Source: Rhina ancylostomus
Lineage: Eukaryota
Assembly: GCA_030265395.1 (NCBI GenBank)
Contig: JARFYF010000074.1
Span: 93,278,239-93,342,238 of the forward strand
DNA length: 64,000 bases
Reading direction: 5' to 3'
Numbering within the stretch: position 1 is the first letter of the stretch; each line of letters begins with the position of its first letter. The translations under genes and the position numbers were made by a program. Of this stretch, positions 12,166-23,119 are shown piece by piece. The notes under the pieces are model-generated. The model did no database searches, was not told where the DNA came from, and saw only the letters and a list, made by a program, of their open reading frames with translations.

Positions 12166-13129
12166 CCTCATTTTAACTGACAACCTATTCTGTATGTGCT
12201 TGATGGTGTTTCAACATTATATTGAGATATATACTACACATAGATCTAAAGATTTCAGGGATTATGAATTTATTTCCCTGTCGATAAATGTACAGATGCT
12301 ATGAATGTCAGGATGATGTCTGAATGTGTGCCCCTCAAATGAAGTAAGAAATTTGTGCTCAACATACAAGGGTCTTTTCTCAGGCCTATTATCTCATCCC
12401 AGTCCTTGAATTTAATGTTCTGAGGTATGACCTAAATACAGCAATCACTTTGTTTTGGTTCCTGGGGTTAATGTTCTTACTGCAGAACATGCTGCATTGT
12501 GCAGTAAGGTGAATCAGATCAGATTTAGGAATTAACTTCCCACCCTCACATCACTATTGTGTGAAGACAGCTCTCAGTGATCTCAATACAGCGAAAATTT
12601 TGTGGTGGTAAAAACTGATGCGTTAACAAGTTGGAAATTACAGATTTCCCAGCACAGGATGAGTGTCTGGTCTGGGACAAAACCGATACTATTTCCAATA
12701 TTTGTCAGTTTACCAGTTCCCTTTTATATACATTTAACCGTCTCTCCCCCCCCCCCCCCACTTTAGTTCTTGTACTCACTGATGCACTTTAGTGGATCCC
12801 TAGGATTGCGTGTGTTTGGCGCCTGGTCCCGCATAGTTTGGAAAATATTCCAATTGCGGTAGATGGGTGTACTGCCGTCGGGGATTGCCCAACAGAATTT
12901 TAAACCAGGTAATAATGCCTAACTGAAAAGCATAGTGTGGTGTAGAGAATACCTTAAATCGAGCTGTTTTTCTCAGTCTTTGCCTCCATCTCCATCAAAG
13001 TTGTTTAACTTCATAAAAGTAAAAGCCTTTATTTTTCTTTTTTTTTAAATGTTCAGAACTTGTTTGTTGCTGTTGGCATTTTCAGGTTTCTGCTATACTG
13101 ACAACATTTTTGAGACTGTTTATTTTCTT

Positions 13130-13746
13130 TAAACGTGGGGCAGATTCAGGTCTTCACGGAGTTATTTAATCCCAGTGGTCGCCGTAATCGGAATATTGGC
13201 CGTTTTGCCGGGTTTTTACTTCCCCCCCCCCCCCGATTTTTGTCTTGTGTGGTGTTATCGAGCATATTCGTCAGCAGTTATCGCCGTCTTAACCACCCGG
13301 GAGCAGTGGGACTGAACTGACACGGAAAGTTGTTATGCAACCACCAGAACGAGTGGAGTTGGCTGGTCCTCCCATCGACAGCGGGCAAAGGTTGAGAGAG
13401 AGTTAAACAGAGTTCGGAGGGGAGGGGCCGCACGGCGCGCTCGACCTATCGGATGGCGGGGACCGATTCGCGACCTGTCATCTGGCTCAAGAAGGACAAG
13501 CGAGGCGGAAAAAAAATCACCACAGCAATCGAAGCGTAAAACCTCCCACCGGGTGGACGTTCAAAAGCAAGATTCTCCCCTTTGCCTTTTCTCTTTATAA
13601 TTGGTCTTCGCCTCGGAGCGGCTGTACAATCCTCAGCAGTGTCCTGAGACTGTATGGTCGGCTCCATATCCCGACTCCCCCACCACCTCAACCACTTGAC
13701 CCAACTAGACATTACTTTTACACACGCGCGCAAAGAGAATAAGAGG
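13130..13746. promoter_or_regulatory. CpG-rich, promoter-like island
   Basis: Dense CpG (e.g. GGGGCCGCACGGCGCGCTCGACCTATCGGATGGCGGGGACCGATTCGCG) in an otherwise CpG-depleted AT-rich window; GC-box-like GGGAGGGGCCG; minus-strand CCAATTATAAA at ~13594-13604. Confidence 0.65.
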
Positions 13747-15232
13747 NNNNNNNNNNNNNNNNNNNNNNNNNNNNNNNNNNNNNNNNNNNNNNNNNNNNNN
13801 NNNNNNNNNNNNNNNNNNNNNNNNNNNNNNNNNNNNNNNNNNNNNNCTGTCACAAACAATGAAAGCAGTGGATTGAAACAGCAAGAAACTCATGCCACCT
13901 CACTTAAGGGTCAAGGTGCATTCCCAAGAACATGAATAGAATCATCAATAAAAGTGTTTGTTATAGTAGTACATACAGAGAGACGTGTTACTAACAACAC
14001 TGCTGTGCCAGGAGCCCTAGAACAGATCCCTGTCCTCCCTGTTGCTGTTTGTTGCCATGCTAGGAATCTGGGTGCCAGGAATCTGGTGTGAACCCCTGCC
14101 CTCCACTGTCATTCCCATAGCAGTGAGTTACCAACAGCTGGGTCTGGAGAGCCTGCCTGTGAGGGTGATGTTAGGCAAGCTGGGGTGACTTGTCCATCTG
14201 ATCTGCATTGCAGGACTGCACACTGGCCAGCAGAGTGGGTGCAGACCATTGCTGGGGACTGGCAACACCTTGTCCATGTGTTGATAGACTGCCAGATACG
14301 ACAGTCTCTCTCATCACTGGTTAGATGTAACAGATGCTGTGTCGCCCACTTTGTTTGGCTGTAGAGGTCTCCTCCACACAGAGCTGTCTCTATGGTANNN
14401 NNNNNNNNNNNNNNNNNNNNNNNNNNNNNNNNNNNNNNNNNNNNNNNNNNNNNNNNNNNNNNNNNNNNNNNNNNNNNNNNNNNNNNNNNNNNNNNNNGTC
14501 TCCCTCTTTGTTTGGCTGTATAGGTCTCCTCAACACAGAGCTTTCTCTATGGTAACGAGGTCAACAGAGAAGGGGAGATAGCGGCTTCCAAGAAATCTAT
14601 CAGGACTGTTGAGAGAGACCGTAGGATCCAGGTGGTTTGTTTGTCACCATACAGAGCAGGTGTCCCCAGTCCCCAGTCACACTCACTGTGGCAGCCAACA
14701 CGAGGTTTACGCACCATGCCTCAGTGCTGAGAGGCCACACAGTCCACCCAAGCACACCCAATACCAGTCTTACTGGGCAGCCTCTCCACACATAGCTGTG
14801 GGATGTTTCTTCACTGTGTAAGCACCCACATAGGGCAGAAGTTTGCACCAGGTTCCCAGCACAGCAACGTGCAGCCTGACAAGGTGTCTTTAATAAAGTA
14901 TGGGGAGTAGCCGTGAGTGTTCATAATGGAGGACACAGAGGGCTATTGTGAAGTAACACTCTCTTGGGTCATACTTAGTAGGATAACTGTATATTTTTAA
15001 TTGAAACCCAATGAAAGTTTGAAATAATTAAATAACAGCTATTGTAAAAGTGACTACTACAACTGGAAGCTTTACTAGTAAAAAAATAAAGCTTCATTAC
15101 GCCCAGAACCTCAGCAGCCAGATGAAAACAGAATTGTTTATTTAAGTCAATGTGCAGGCAATGGAACAATGTTTTATCACTATCTGCTAATCAGTGGATG
15201 ACATGTAATGCCTTATCAATAACTCTTTACAG

Positions 15233-15337
15233 ATGAAGAAAATGAAAATATCACTTGTGCAATAGAAACAAGAGTCTCTCTCTTAGCTGTGGCAATGTTG
15301 ATTGTGATGATAGGACTTCTTTTGTACTCCAAACCCA
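15233..15337 (+). CDS. IgSF receptor gene, stalk plus transmembrane exon (Cys in stalk, Arg at TM start)
   Basis: Acceptor ctctttacAG 15231-15232, donor A|GTAAGT at 15338, phase 1/1. (D)EENENITCAIETRVSLLAVAMLIVMIGLLLYSKP contains a 17-residue uncharged hydrophobic run. Absent from the ORF track. Confidence 0.8.
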
Positions 15338-15416
15338 GTAAGTACTCTCAATTAATTAATTTATTGCTTTGAAACTGAGTTCAGATATTGCAGTTCTGTT
15401 TTTTTTGTGTTTGAAG

Positions 15417-15430
15417 TGTTGGTTGCTTAA
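15417..15430 (+). CDS. Candidate terminal cytoplasmic exon (M)LVA-stop
   Basis: T-rich tract then gaAG at 15415-15416, 79 nt intron; phase-1 join gives ATG TTG GTT GCT TAA. Confidence 0.4.
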
Positions 15431-15934
15431 GGAAAGATATTTGTTTAAGTTCCAAAAGAATCAGGTTCTTCCAGCATCACAAATTCAACAGCTGACTTAA
15501 TAGGATAGATGCCCTCTGTAAATAAGGTTGCCTGTTGTGTGGTGAATAACACGAGTTCAGTGAGAAACTGAATAAACTTGGGAAAGATTGTGAACATATA
15601 CATTTTACCAAGCAGAACATCTTTAATCACTGAATCACTGAATACTTGATTTACAATGTACAGGTGACCCCCCCCCACCCCACCACCCTGGGTCTGTACA
15701 GATCCCCACGGTCCGTATTGCGATTTTCCATATCACAAACCTACATCATCTGCACCAATGTTAAGAAATGCAAGTTGAAAATGTTAATGTTGATTTATTG
15801 ACTTTTTCACATAAATTTCTTGAGAGTGAAATTTATTCAGTATCTCAAATGTTTGGGTGGTTATTTTATGAATTCCATAAGGATGAATTTCTGTTACCCA
15901 AACAGCCATAATGCAGGGGTCGCCTGTAAATGAA

Positions 15935-16230
15935 GAACTCTCACAGCTTCAGAGATCTGGGTTCATTCCTTACCCTGACTGTGTGGAGTTTGTACATCCT
16001 CTCTATGGCTGTGTGGTTTCCTGCTGGGTGCTCCAGTTTCCTCCCATATCCCAAAGACATGCTGGTATGTAATTGACTGCTCTAAATTCCCCCTTAGTTT
16101 ACGTCAATGGTCAAAGAATCAAAAGACAGTTGATGGGTATGTGAGAATGAATAAGTTGCAGGTGTACAGGGAAATGAGGAGGAGGAGGAGGATTGGGCTG
16201 ATGGGATTGCTTTCTGGGAGCAACATGAAC
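15935..16230 (+). mobile_element. V-SINE (HE1-like)
   Basis: TCACAGCTTCAGAGATCTGGGTTCATTCC..GTGTGGAGTTTGTACATCCTC..GGGTGCTCCAGTTTCCTCCCATATCCCAAAGACATG, followed by a CR1-like tail. Confidence 0.75.
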
Positions 16231-18841
16231 AAAACACTTAACAACCAATTATACTTTTGAAGTGTCCCCAAATCCCAAACTTCACAAATTAAATAGACAA
16301 TTTTTAATGACAGAGAGTTTGTTTGGTAGTAATTAAGACACCACTTCATTAAATGGGTCCTTAAGCTTGAAATGGCAGCTATATCTTTCTGTGGTGAATT
16401 TTCTTCAAATCTAGTTTGCAAATACAGCAACTACATGCTGTTCAACACATTTCAATGGTGAGGCAGACAGATAGATTCTATTTTTTCAAATGTGCCCATC
16501 ACCTGCAGTTACACAAAGAGAACAGAAACCATCACTTGTCTCACTGCCAGCAAATTCTTTCTTTGTGACAATCCTCCACCAGCTAGAATACTCTCGGAAT
16601 GCATTTTGCTTTGTTGACATGTTTGCAACAAGCTTTTATCTGAGGTACAAACTGAAAATATTGATAATGCAGTCAAAACCTGGAAGTAAAAGGAAGTTTA
16701 CCATTTCAAATGGAATTCTTCATAAAAGTTATTTTACAAACAAGTTGGTGAGAAATTATGTTACAGTCAAATATGTTCCAGTAAATCCTGCAAAACTTTC
16801 TCTAAAAAGTGGAAGGTTATAAACAAAATGAGAAGAGTAAAAGCTGGAGATCCACTGCATGCAATTAGCATTTGAAAGAAAAAGTTTTCACTGATTTGTT
16901 TGATGTATATTGGATTTGATAGTTAATTGATGTGATTGAACTAAAATAATCAAAATTAAATTCTTTTTCATGTTTCTTTTTAAATCTACTTGCAATTTCA
17001 GTTGTAATACATTACATGCTAGTTGTTTCTTCCTTCTAGAACTGCTGATGAATTTGAATNNNNNNNCTTGTGCCATGCGTTTAAACATCAACAGTTACAC
17101 TCATTAGTGCAACAAGTACTAGGAAATCTGCCCTTGAAGTCCACAACTGCCTAATTGAGAAGCAAGGTTACAATTTTGGGTTTTCAATTTAAAATAAGCA
17201 TAATTACAGTACCCCCTATTAAGTGTATGATTTTTCTTATTTCTTCGGGAAATCTGTCTGGATGAAGAGACTCTACATGATCAAAGTGTGAAATTTCACT
17301 TGCACTCATAAATTCTTTTGGATAACTATTGTGTTCAGACCACTATTCATTCTTGTAATTCACCATGAGCTGTTCCTTGTGTTCCAGAGATAATGGTCCA
17401 AAGCTTCTTTACCTTGGTTCCAAATGTATTTAATTAACCAAGTTTCAATTCCCCAAGTGCCATAGTGTGATTCAAATTCCTTTTTGGATTATTAGTCCAG
17501 GCCTCAGGATTTTAGTTCAATAATCTGCCACAGTGCTACTGACATATCCATTTAAAACAAAAGACATATACAGAGAGAAGCAGCTTTCCACCCTACAATA
17601 TATCTGCAATGCCTCCTCGATTTGGTATGAGCATAGAAATGTTAAATATGAGCAGTTCATTTAAATGCAGGACCTCCACAAAGTCAACTGGCATAGCTAA
17701 GTCTCTGAGAGAAGTCAGCCTAAGTTTTTGCTCCAGCTCAAATCACAGCACACAATGTGGATGAGTCCTCACTGACCAAGCTCATTAGTAGGCTCTGTGA
17801 GGTGCAATTGGTCACCATGAAAGCTACATTTGGCTGAGAATACAAATGTTAAATAAAGTGTGATTAATAAGGTTACAGTGTTTATTGACTTCTTGTGTAA
17901 ATATAAAGACATTTTTTGTTTGGATTGGCAATAGAAGTGTTAATAATCCATTCACTTATTTCAAGGCCAACTCATAATGTATGAAGATTAATACTCATNN
18001 NNNNNNNNACTCATTCAACTTATTCAAGTCTAAAGTTTTCAGGCACCTTCCGATATTCAGAAAACTGAGACTTGTTTGTGTGTGTGTATTTGCTGGAAAT
18101 CTGAAATAAAACCAGAAAATACCACAAACACTCAGCATTCAGGCAGGATCTGGCAAAAGTGAAACAGTTAATACTTCATGCTGAAATGTTCTGTCAGAAT
18201 TGCGGTAGAGAGAAGACAAGTTAGTTTTTAGCTGCAGAGAGGATCAGGGAGGAATGGANNNNNNNNNNNNNNNNNNNNNNNNNNNNNNNNNTGATTCTAC
18301 TGTTTATTGAGTTGTCTGGTTAATAAGGTAATGAGGGTAATTAGGGAGAGAGTGAAAATGTAAAGCTGTAGGACAAAAACCAACAGGTCAGTCCATGCTA
18401 GTGGAGAGAGGAAAAACCAAGTTAACCTTACAGATGGATAACCTGCATCAGAACTGATTGGTTCTGACACAGGGAAAGCAAGTTACTTAAAATTGTTGAA
18501 TTCCTGTCTTGAAATCTGCGACATGCTGAGGTGAGGGGGTGTTGTCTCTTAAGCTAACAACAAGCCTTGTTGGAACTGTGCAGGAAGAAACAGATGACTG
18601 ACTTTTGCCAGAACCACCGCTGTTAAGACCCAGGCTTCTACTGTATTTTCAAGATTGGAAGTCCAAGAGTCGCATCACATCTGTCACTACATTCTGTTGT
18701 GAGGCTTCACGTGGAGACCAATCTGGCTGGGATTCCTGGAATTATGCTGGGAAAATGATCATTCAGATCCTGCATCTCTCTTAATCTCAATGACCACACT
18801 TAAGAGGCATTTAGGTGAGCACATGAATAGGCAAGGCAGAT

Positions 18842-19425
18842 AATCAGAATCAGGTTTATCATCACTGACCTATGCCATGAAGTTTCTTGTTTTACGGCAG
18901 CAGTACAGTGTAAGACATAAAAATTACTATTAGTTACAAAANNNNNNNNNNNNNNNNNNNNNNNNNNNNNNNNNNNNNNNNNAAAAGAGGAATAATGAGG
19001 TAGTGTTCATGGGTTCATAGACCATTCAGAAATATGATGTCGGAGGGGAAGAAACTGTTCCTGAACATTGAGTGTGGGTCTTTGGGCTCCTGTACCTCCT
19101 TCCTGATGGTAATAATGTGAAGAGGGCATGTCCCAGATGGTGAGGGTCCTTAATGATGGATGCCACCTTCTTGGGGCACTGTCTCTTGAAGACATCCTCG
19201 ATGGTAGGGAGGGTTGTGCCCGTGATGGAGCTGGCTGAGTCTACAACTCTCCGCAGCCTCTTTCAATTCTGCACATTGGAGTCTCCGTACCAGGTGGTGA
19301 TGCAACCAGTCAGAATGCTCTTCACTGTACATCTGTAGAAATCTGCAAGTCTTTGCTGACATACCAAATCTCCTCAAACTCCTAATGAAGTAGAGCTGCT
19401 GGCGTGCCGCCTTCGTTGTGATTGC
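18842..19425 (-). mobile_element. Rex/Babar-L2 type LINE 3' portion
   Basis: Minus-strand translation KAARQQLYFIRSLRRFGMSAKT, then frameshifted FYRCTVKSILTGCITTWYG; (TCTGAT)-type tail near 18842-18852. Confidence 0.8.
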
Positions 19426-19989
19426 ATCATTGGCAGAGGATACAACGCAGAAATGGGCAGAATGGTCAGAATGGACATGGTGGGTTGAAAGGCCCATTTC
19501 TGTGTTGTATAACTCTGTGACTCTGTTAGGAAAGGGGAGGGAAGCTATTTTTGAAAAACATTTTGCCTCCTTTATTTCAAAATTCATTTCAATTTTTACT
19601 GGTTTTATAGGTCCCTCGATGTCAGAGACATACAAGAACTGATATAAACCAGGTTTAGGGTCCCACTCCCAGCTTACCTTCCATAATGGCATTTCAAGTG
19701 CAGCATGTCCTTCAGACCAGTGAGGTTGGTCTCCAACTCTGGCTTACATTTTAGTGCAGGAATGACCTGGTCAAGCACAAACAAGCCTGAGGAGTATTTG
19801 ATTCAAGTAAGATGGATACATTTGAGGTTGAGGGACAACAAGTTCGTGAGCTGAGGTGGTCTGTTGCAACAGAACATGCTGCCAGCAGCAATGACCTAGT
19901 CTGAATGCTGCAATTTCTATAGAATCTGTATTTTCGAGCACTCACTTGCAATAGAGCCCTGTCATTTCCCACATTTTTGTGGTGCAGCC

Positions 19990-20180
19990 GAAAACAAACT
20001 GCTAGAGGAACTCAGCAGGTCAGGCAGCATGTGTAGATGGAAATGGATGTCAATGTTTTGGGTTGAGACCCTTTGACTGGTCTAGACATCAACTGTCCAG
20101 TTTCCTTGACAGATGCAGAGTTGCTCTAGAAGTTTGTTTTTAGCTCCAGATTCCAGCATCAGCAGTCTCTTGTGTTCTCT
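19990..20180. mobile_element. Penelope pseudo-LTR-derived short element with two inverted halves
   Basis: AAAACAAACTGCTAGAGGAACTC..GCATGTGTAGATGGAAATGGATGTCAATG is mirrored by CATCAACTGTCCAGTTTCC..AGATGC..GAGTTGCTCTAGAAGTTTGTTTT. Confidence 0.65.
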
Positions 20181-20529
20181 CTTTGTAGTACAGTTTGCAT
20201 TTGGCAAGTGCAGCTGTGAAACGCAGGGCAGTTCACTGTGCTTTCTTGTTCTACTTGAGGTGATGATAGTCGATAACCTGCAGATGCTGGAAATCTGAAA
20301 CAAAAACAGAAAATGCAAGTTTATCTAACATTTTCTGTTTTTGGATTGCATTTCGTGTGACCGTGCTACTGGTCAGTTACTCTTTTTCAAGTTGTATTGT
20401 TTATATTCAGTTATATGGTGGATTCATGTTTAATTGTGTAAGTTAAACAGACTCCTCTTTATTTCAAAACCAGCAGCCAAACTCCTTTGAAGTTTTATGA
20501 CTTTATGTTTTAACTAAAATTGGCCATTA

Positions 20530-20694
20530 CATCTTTTTCAGCAATATATAAACACCAGGGAGGTTTGTCTGGGACAGAATCTGTGTGTCTGGAATCTTGT
20601 CTTGCCACTTGATGTGAAGTATTCTGTACAGACGGGTAATGTGGAAGTGGCTAAGTTGTCTGCCATATTTGCTGTACACTGTCCATGTCTCGCA
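20530..20694 (-). mobile_element. RTE-clade LINE fragment
   Basis: CETWTVYSKYGRQLSHFHITRLYRILHIKWQDKIPDTQIL matches the RTE post-RT motif CETWT...LRxILxIxWxDxxxNxEVL. Confidence 0.8.
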
Positions 20695-21645
20695 NNNNNN
20701 NNNNNNNNNNNNNNNNNNNNNNNNNNNNNNNNNNNNNNNNNNNNNNNNNNNNNNNNNNNNNNNNNNNNNNNNNNNNNNNNNNNNNNNNNNNNNNNNNNNN
20801 NNNNNNNNNNNNNNNNNNNNNNNNNNNNNNNNNNNNNNNNNNNNNNNNNNNNNNNNNNNNNAGATAGGTTTCTTATAGATAGGGGAATCAAGGGATATGG
20901 GGACAAGGCAGGAACAGGATATTGATTGTTGAGGATCAACCATGATCTCAAAATGGCGGTGCAGACTCAAAGGACCGAATGGTCTACTTCTGCTCCTATT
21001 GTCTATTTTTCATTGGCCTTGAGAAGACAGTGGTGAGCTACTTTCTTCAATCACTATAGTCCTTCTATTGAAGGTACACCTTCAATGCAGTTGGAAGGAA
21101 GTTCCAGGTTTTGGACTCAGTAACTATGAAGGACCAGTGAAATATTTCCAAATCAGGATGATGGGAGACTTCTGAAGGGGATCCTGCAGGTGAAGTCCCT
21201 GCACTCGAAGCTCTTATGCTTTTTTGGTAAATTCACAAAGTGTGTTGCAAAGCCTGGGTTCCTGTATTTTTTTTTAAACTGTTTTTTCAATCTACCCTAT
21301 TTTCAACAATTTGTTCCCCTAAACTCCCTTGCTGTCTACTCCAGTACCCCTCATAGCATTGCTTCCATTTCTACATTTGTGAAACACTTCATATTTTTGT
21401 GTAGTAAAATTTCACCGGCCATGTGTCTGCCCATTCTACCAGCATATTTATATCCTAGTCAACTACTATCCTCTTCACAGTTCACTACTATTTCAAGTTT
21501 TGTGTCATGTGCTGATTTTGACATTGTAGCTTGTACACCTGAGTCCCAGACAATTATATTAAGAAAAGCCATGGTCTGAGGACTGCCCCTTAGGAACAGA
21601 CTGTACTCACCTCTCCCATCCGATAAACAACTATTCACAACCTGA

Positions 21646-22430
21646 TGCAGATTGTGAGATCGCTTCGTTGAACACCTTCGCTCCATCTTCCATACCAGTT
21701 GGATCTCCAGGTGGCCAGCCATTTTAATTCCACTTCCCATTCTCACACCAACATGTCTGTCCACAGCCTCCTCTACTGACAAGTTGAGGCTAGATGCAGA
21801 TTAGAGGAACAGCACTTCATATTCCGCCTTGGTCGTCTCCAAGTTGATGGCATGAACATTGATATCTGTATATTCCAGTAACCACTCTACTTTAGTCCCC
21901 ATTTTTTCACCCTCAACCCACCGGCCCCATCACCCCATCTTTCCCATCCCCCACCCTTTCGATCTGCCATCACCCACACATTTTACCTATCACCTCCCAG
22001 CTTACTCCATTCCCACTTTCCACCCCGCCCCCCCAACTGAATCCACCAATCACCTGCCAGCTCTTGCTCCACCCCTTTTATACTGGCTATCTCCTCTTTC
22101 TTTCCAGTCCTGATGAANNNNNNNNNNNNNNNNNNNNNNNNNNNNNNNNNNNNNNNNNNNNNNNNNNNNNNNNNNNNNNNNNNNNNNNNNNNNNNNNNNN
22201 NNNNNNNNNNNNNNNNNACCCCGCCCCCCCAACTGAATCCACCAATCACCTGCCAGCTCTTGATCCACCCCTTTTATACTTGCTATCTCCTCTTTCTTTC
22301 CAGTCCTGATGAAGGGTCTCAACCCGAACATCGACTGTCAATTTCCCTCCATAGATGCTGCCTGACCCACCTAGTTCCTCCAGCTTTTTGAGAGTTGCTC
22401 TAGATTTCTAGCACCCGCAGTCCCATGTTT
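21646..22430 (+). mobile_element. Penelope-like element 3' part: GIY-YIG endonuclease C-terminus, UTR and pseudo-LTR with degenerate hammerhead (22301-22337)
   Basis: RL*DRFVEHLRSI..VASHFNSTSHSHTNMSV..RLEEQHFIFRLG..DGMNID; downstream CAGTC-CTGATGA-AGGGTCTCAACCC-GAACATC-GACTG. Confidence 0.88.
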
Positions 22431-23119
22431 CCTATTCACTACTAATTTGTTCCCTGTCAGTAGGCCAAGCTTCTATCCATGTTGCTACTGCCACTTTTGT
22501 TCCATGGACTTCAATCTTGATGACAAGCCAATCAAGTGCCAATTTATCAAAGATCTTTTGAGGGTCAACATACACACCAATTGCATTTCCCCCATCATAC
22601 CCGTTACCCTATCAAAAAGCTCTCTCAATTGATTAGGTTTCCCTAATCAATCTACACTTATAATATCCAAGTCACTGCTAATCCTTTCTACAGAGGTGAA
22701 ACAGACCAGTCTGTAGTTCTGGATTTAAACCTATATCCTTTCTTGAACACGATGGAATGGTTGCAGTTTGAAGCTTGGCCCCACTAACTGACATTCGGAA
22801 GATTATCACCAATGCCTTTGCTATTTCCCTTAGAGACTTTGGATGCATCCCATCTGGATCAGTAGGTTTACCCACTTTAAGAATGGCCAGTCTTTGTAGT
22901 ATTTAATCATCACAAAACATTAGTCCAACTCAATTCCAAAAAAATCCAGATCTGGGAGGATTTGTAGCCATGCTTGTGTTGCATGTAGCCAAGTCAATTT
23001 TTAATCCAAGTGGCTTGACAATGTTATTTAATGCAATTTGACACAGTTGTTCTTACTAAGTGAGAACACAGATATCCAAGGAGTTCAAACAATTATACAT
23101 TTGTAACCAATTAACTGAA

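Noticed and set aside
12384-12424. Possible hinge mini-exon between C1 and TM
   Set aside because: The phase-1 reading hits TGA and 41 nt is not frame-preserving.
14340-14555. Tandem duplication around a 100-N gap (also 22020-22315 and 51845-52030)
   Set aside because: Near-identical sequence on both sides of fixed-size gaps indicates unmerged contig overlaps or haplotypes.
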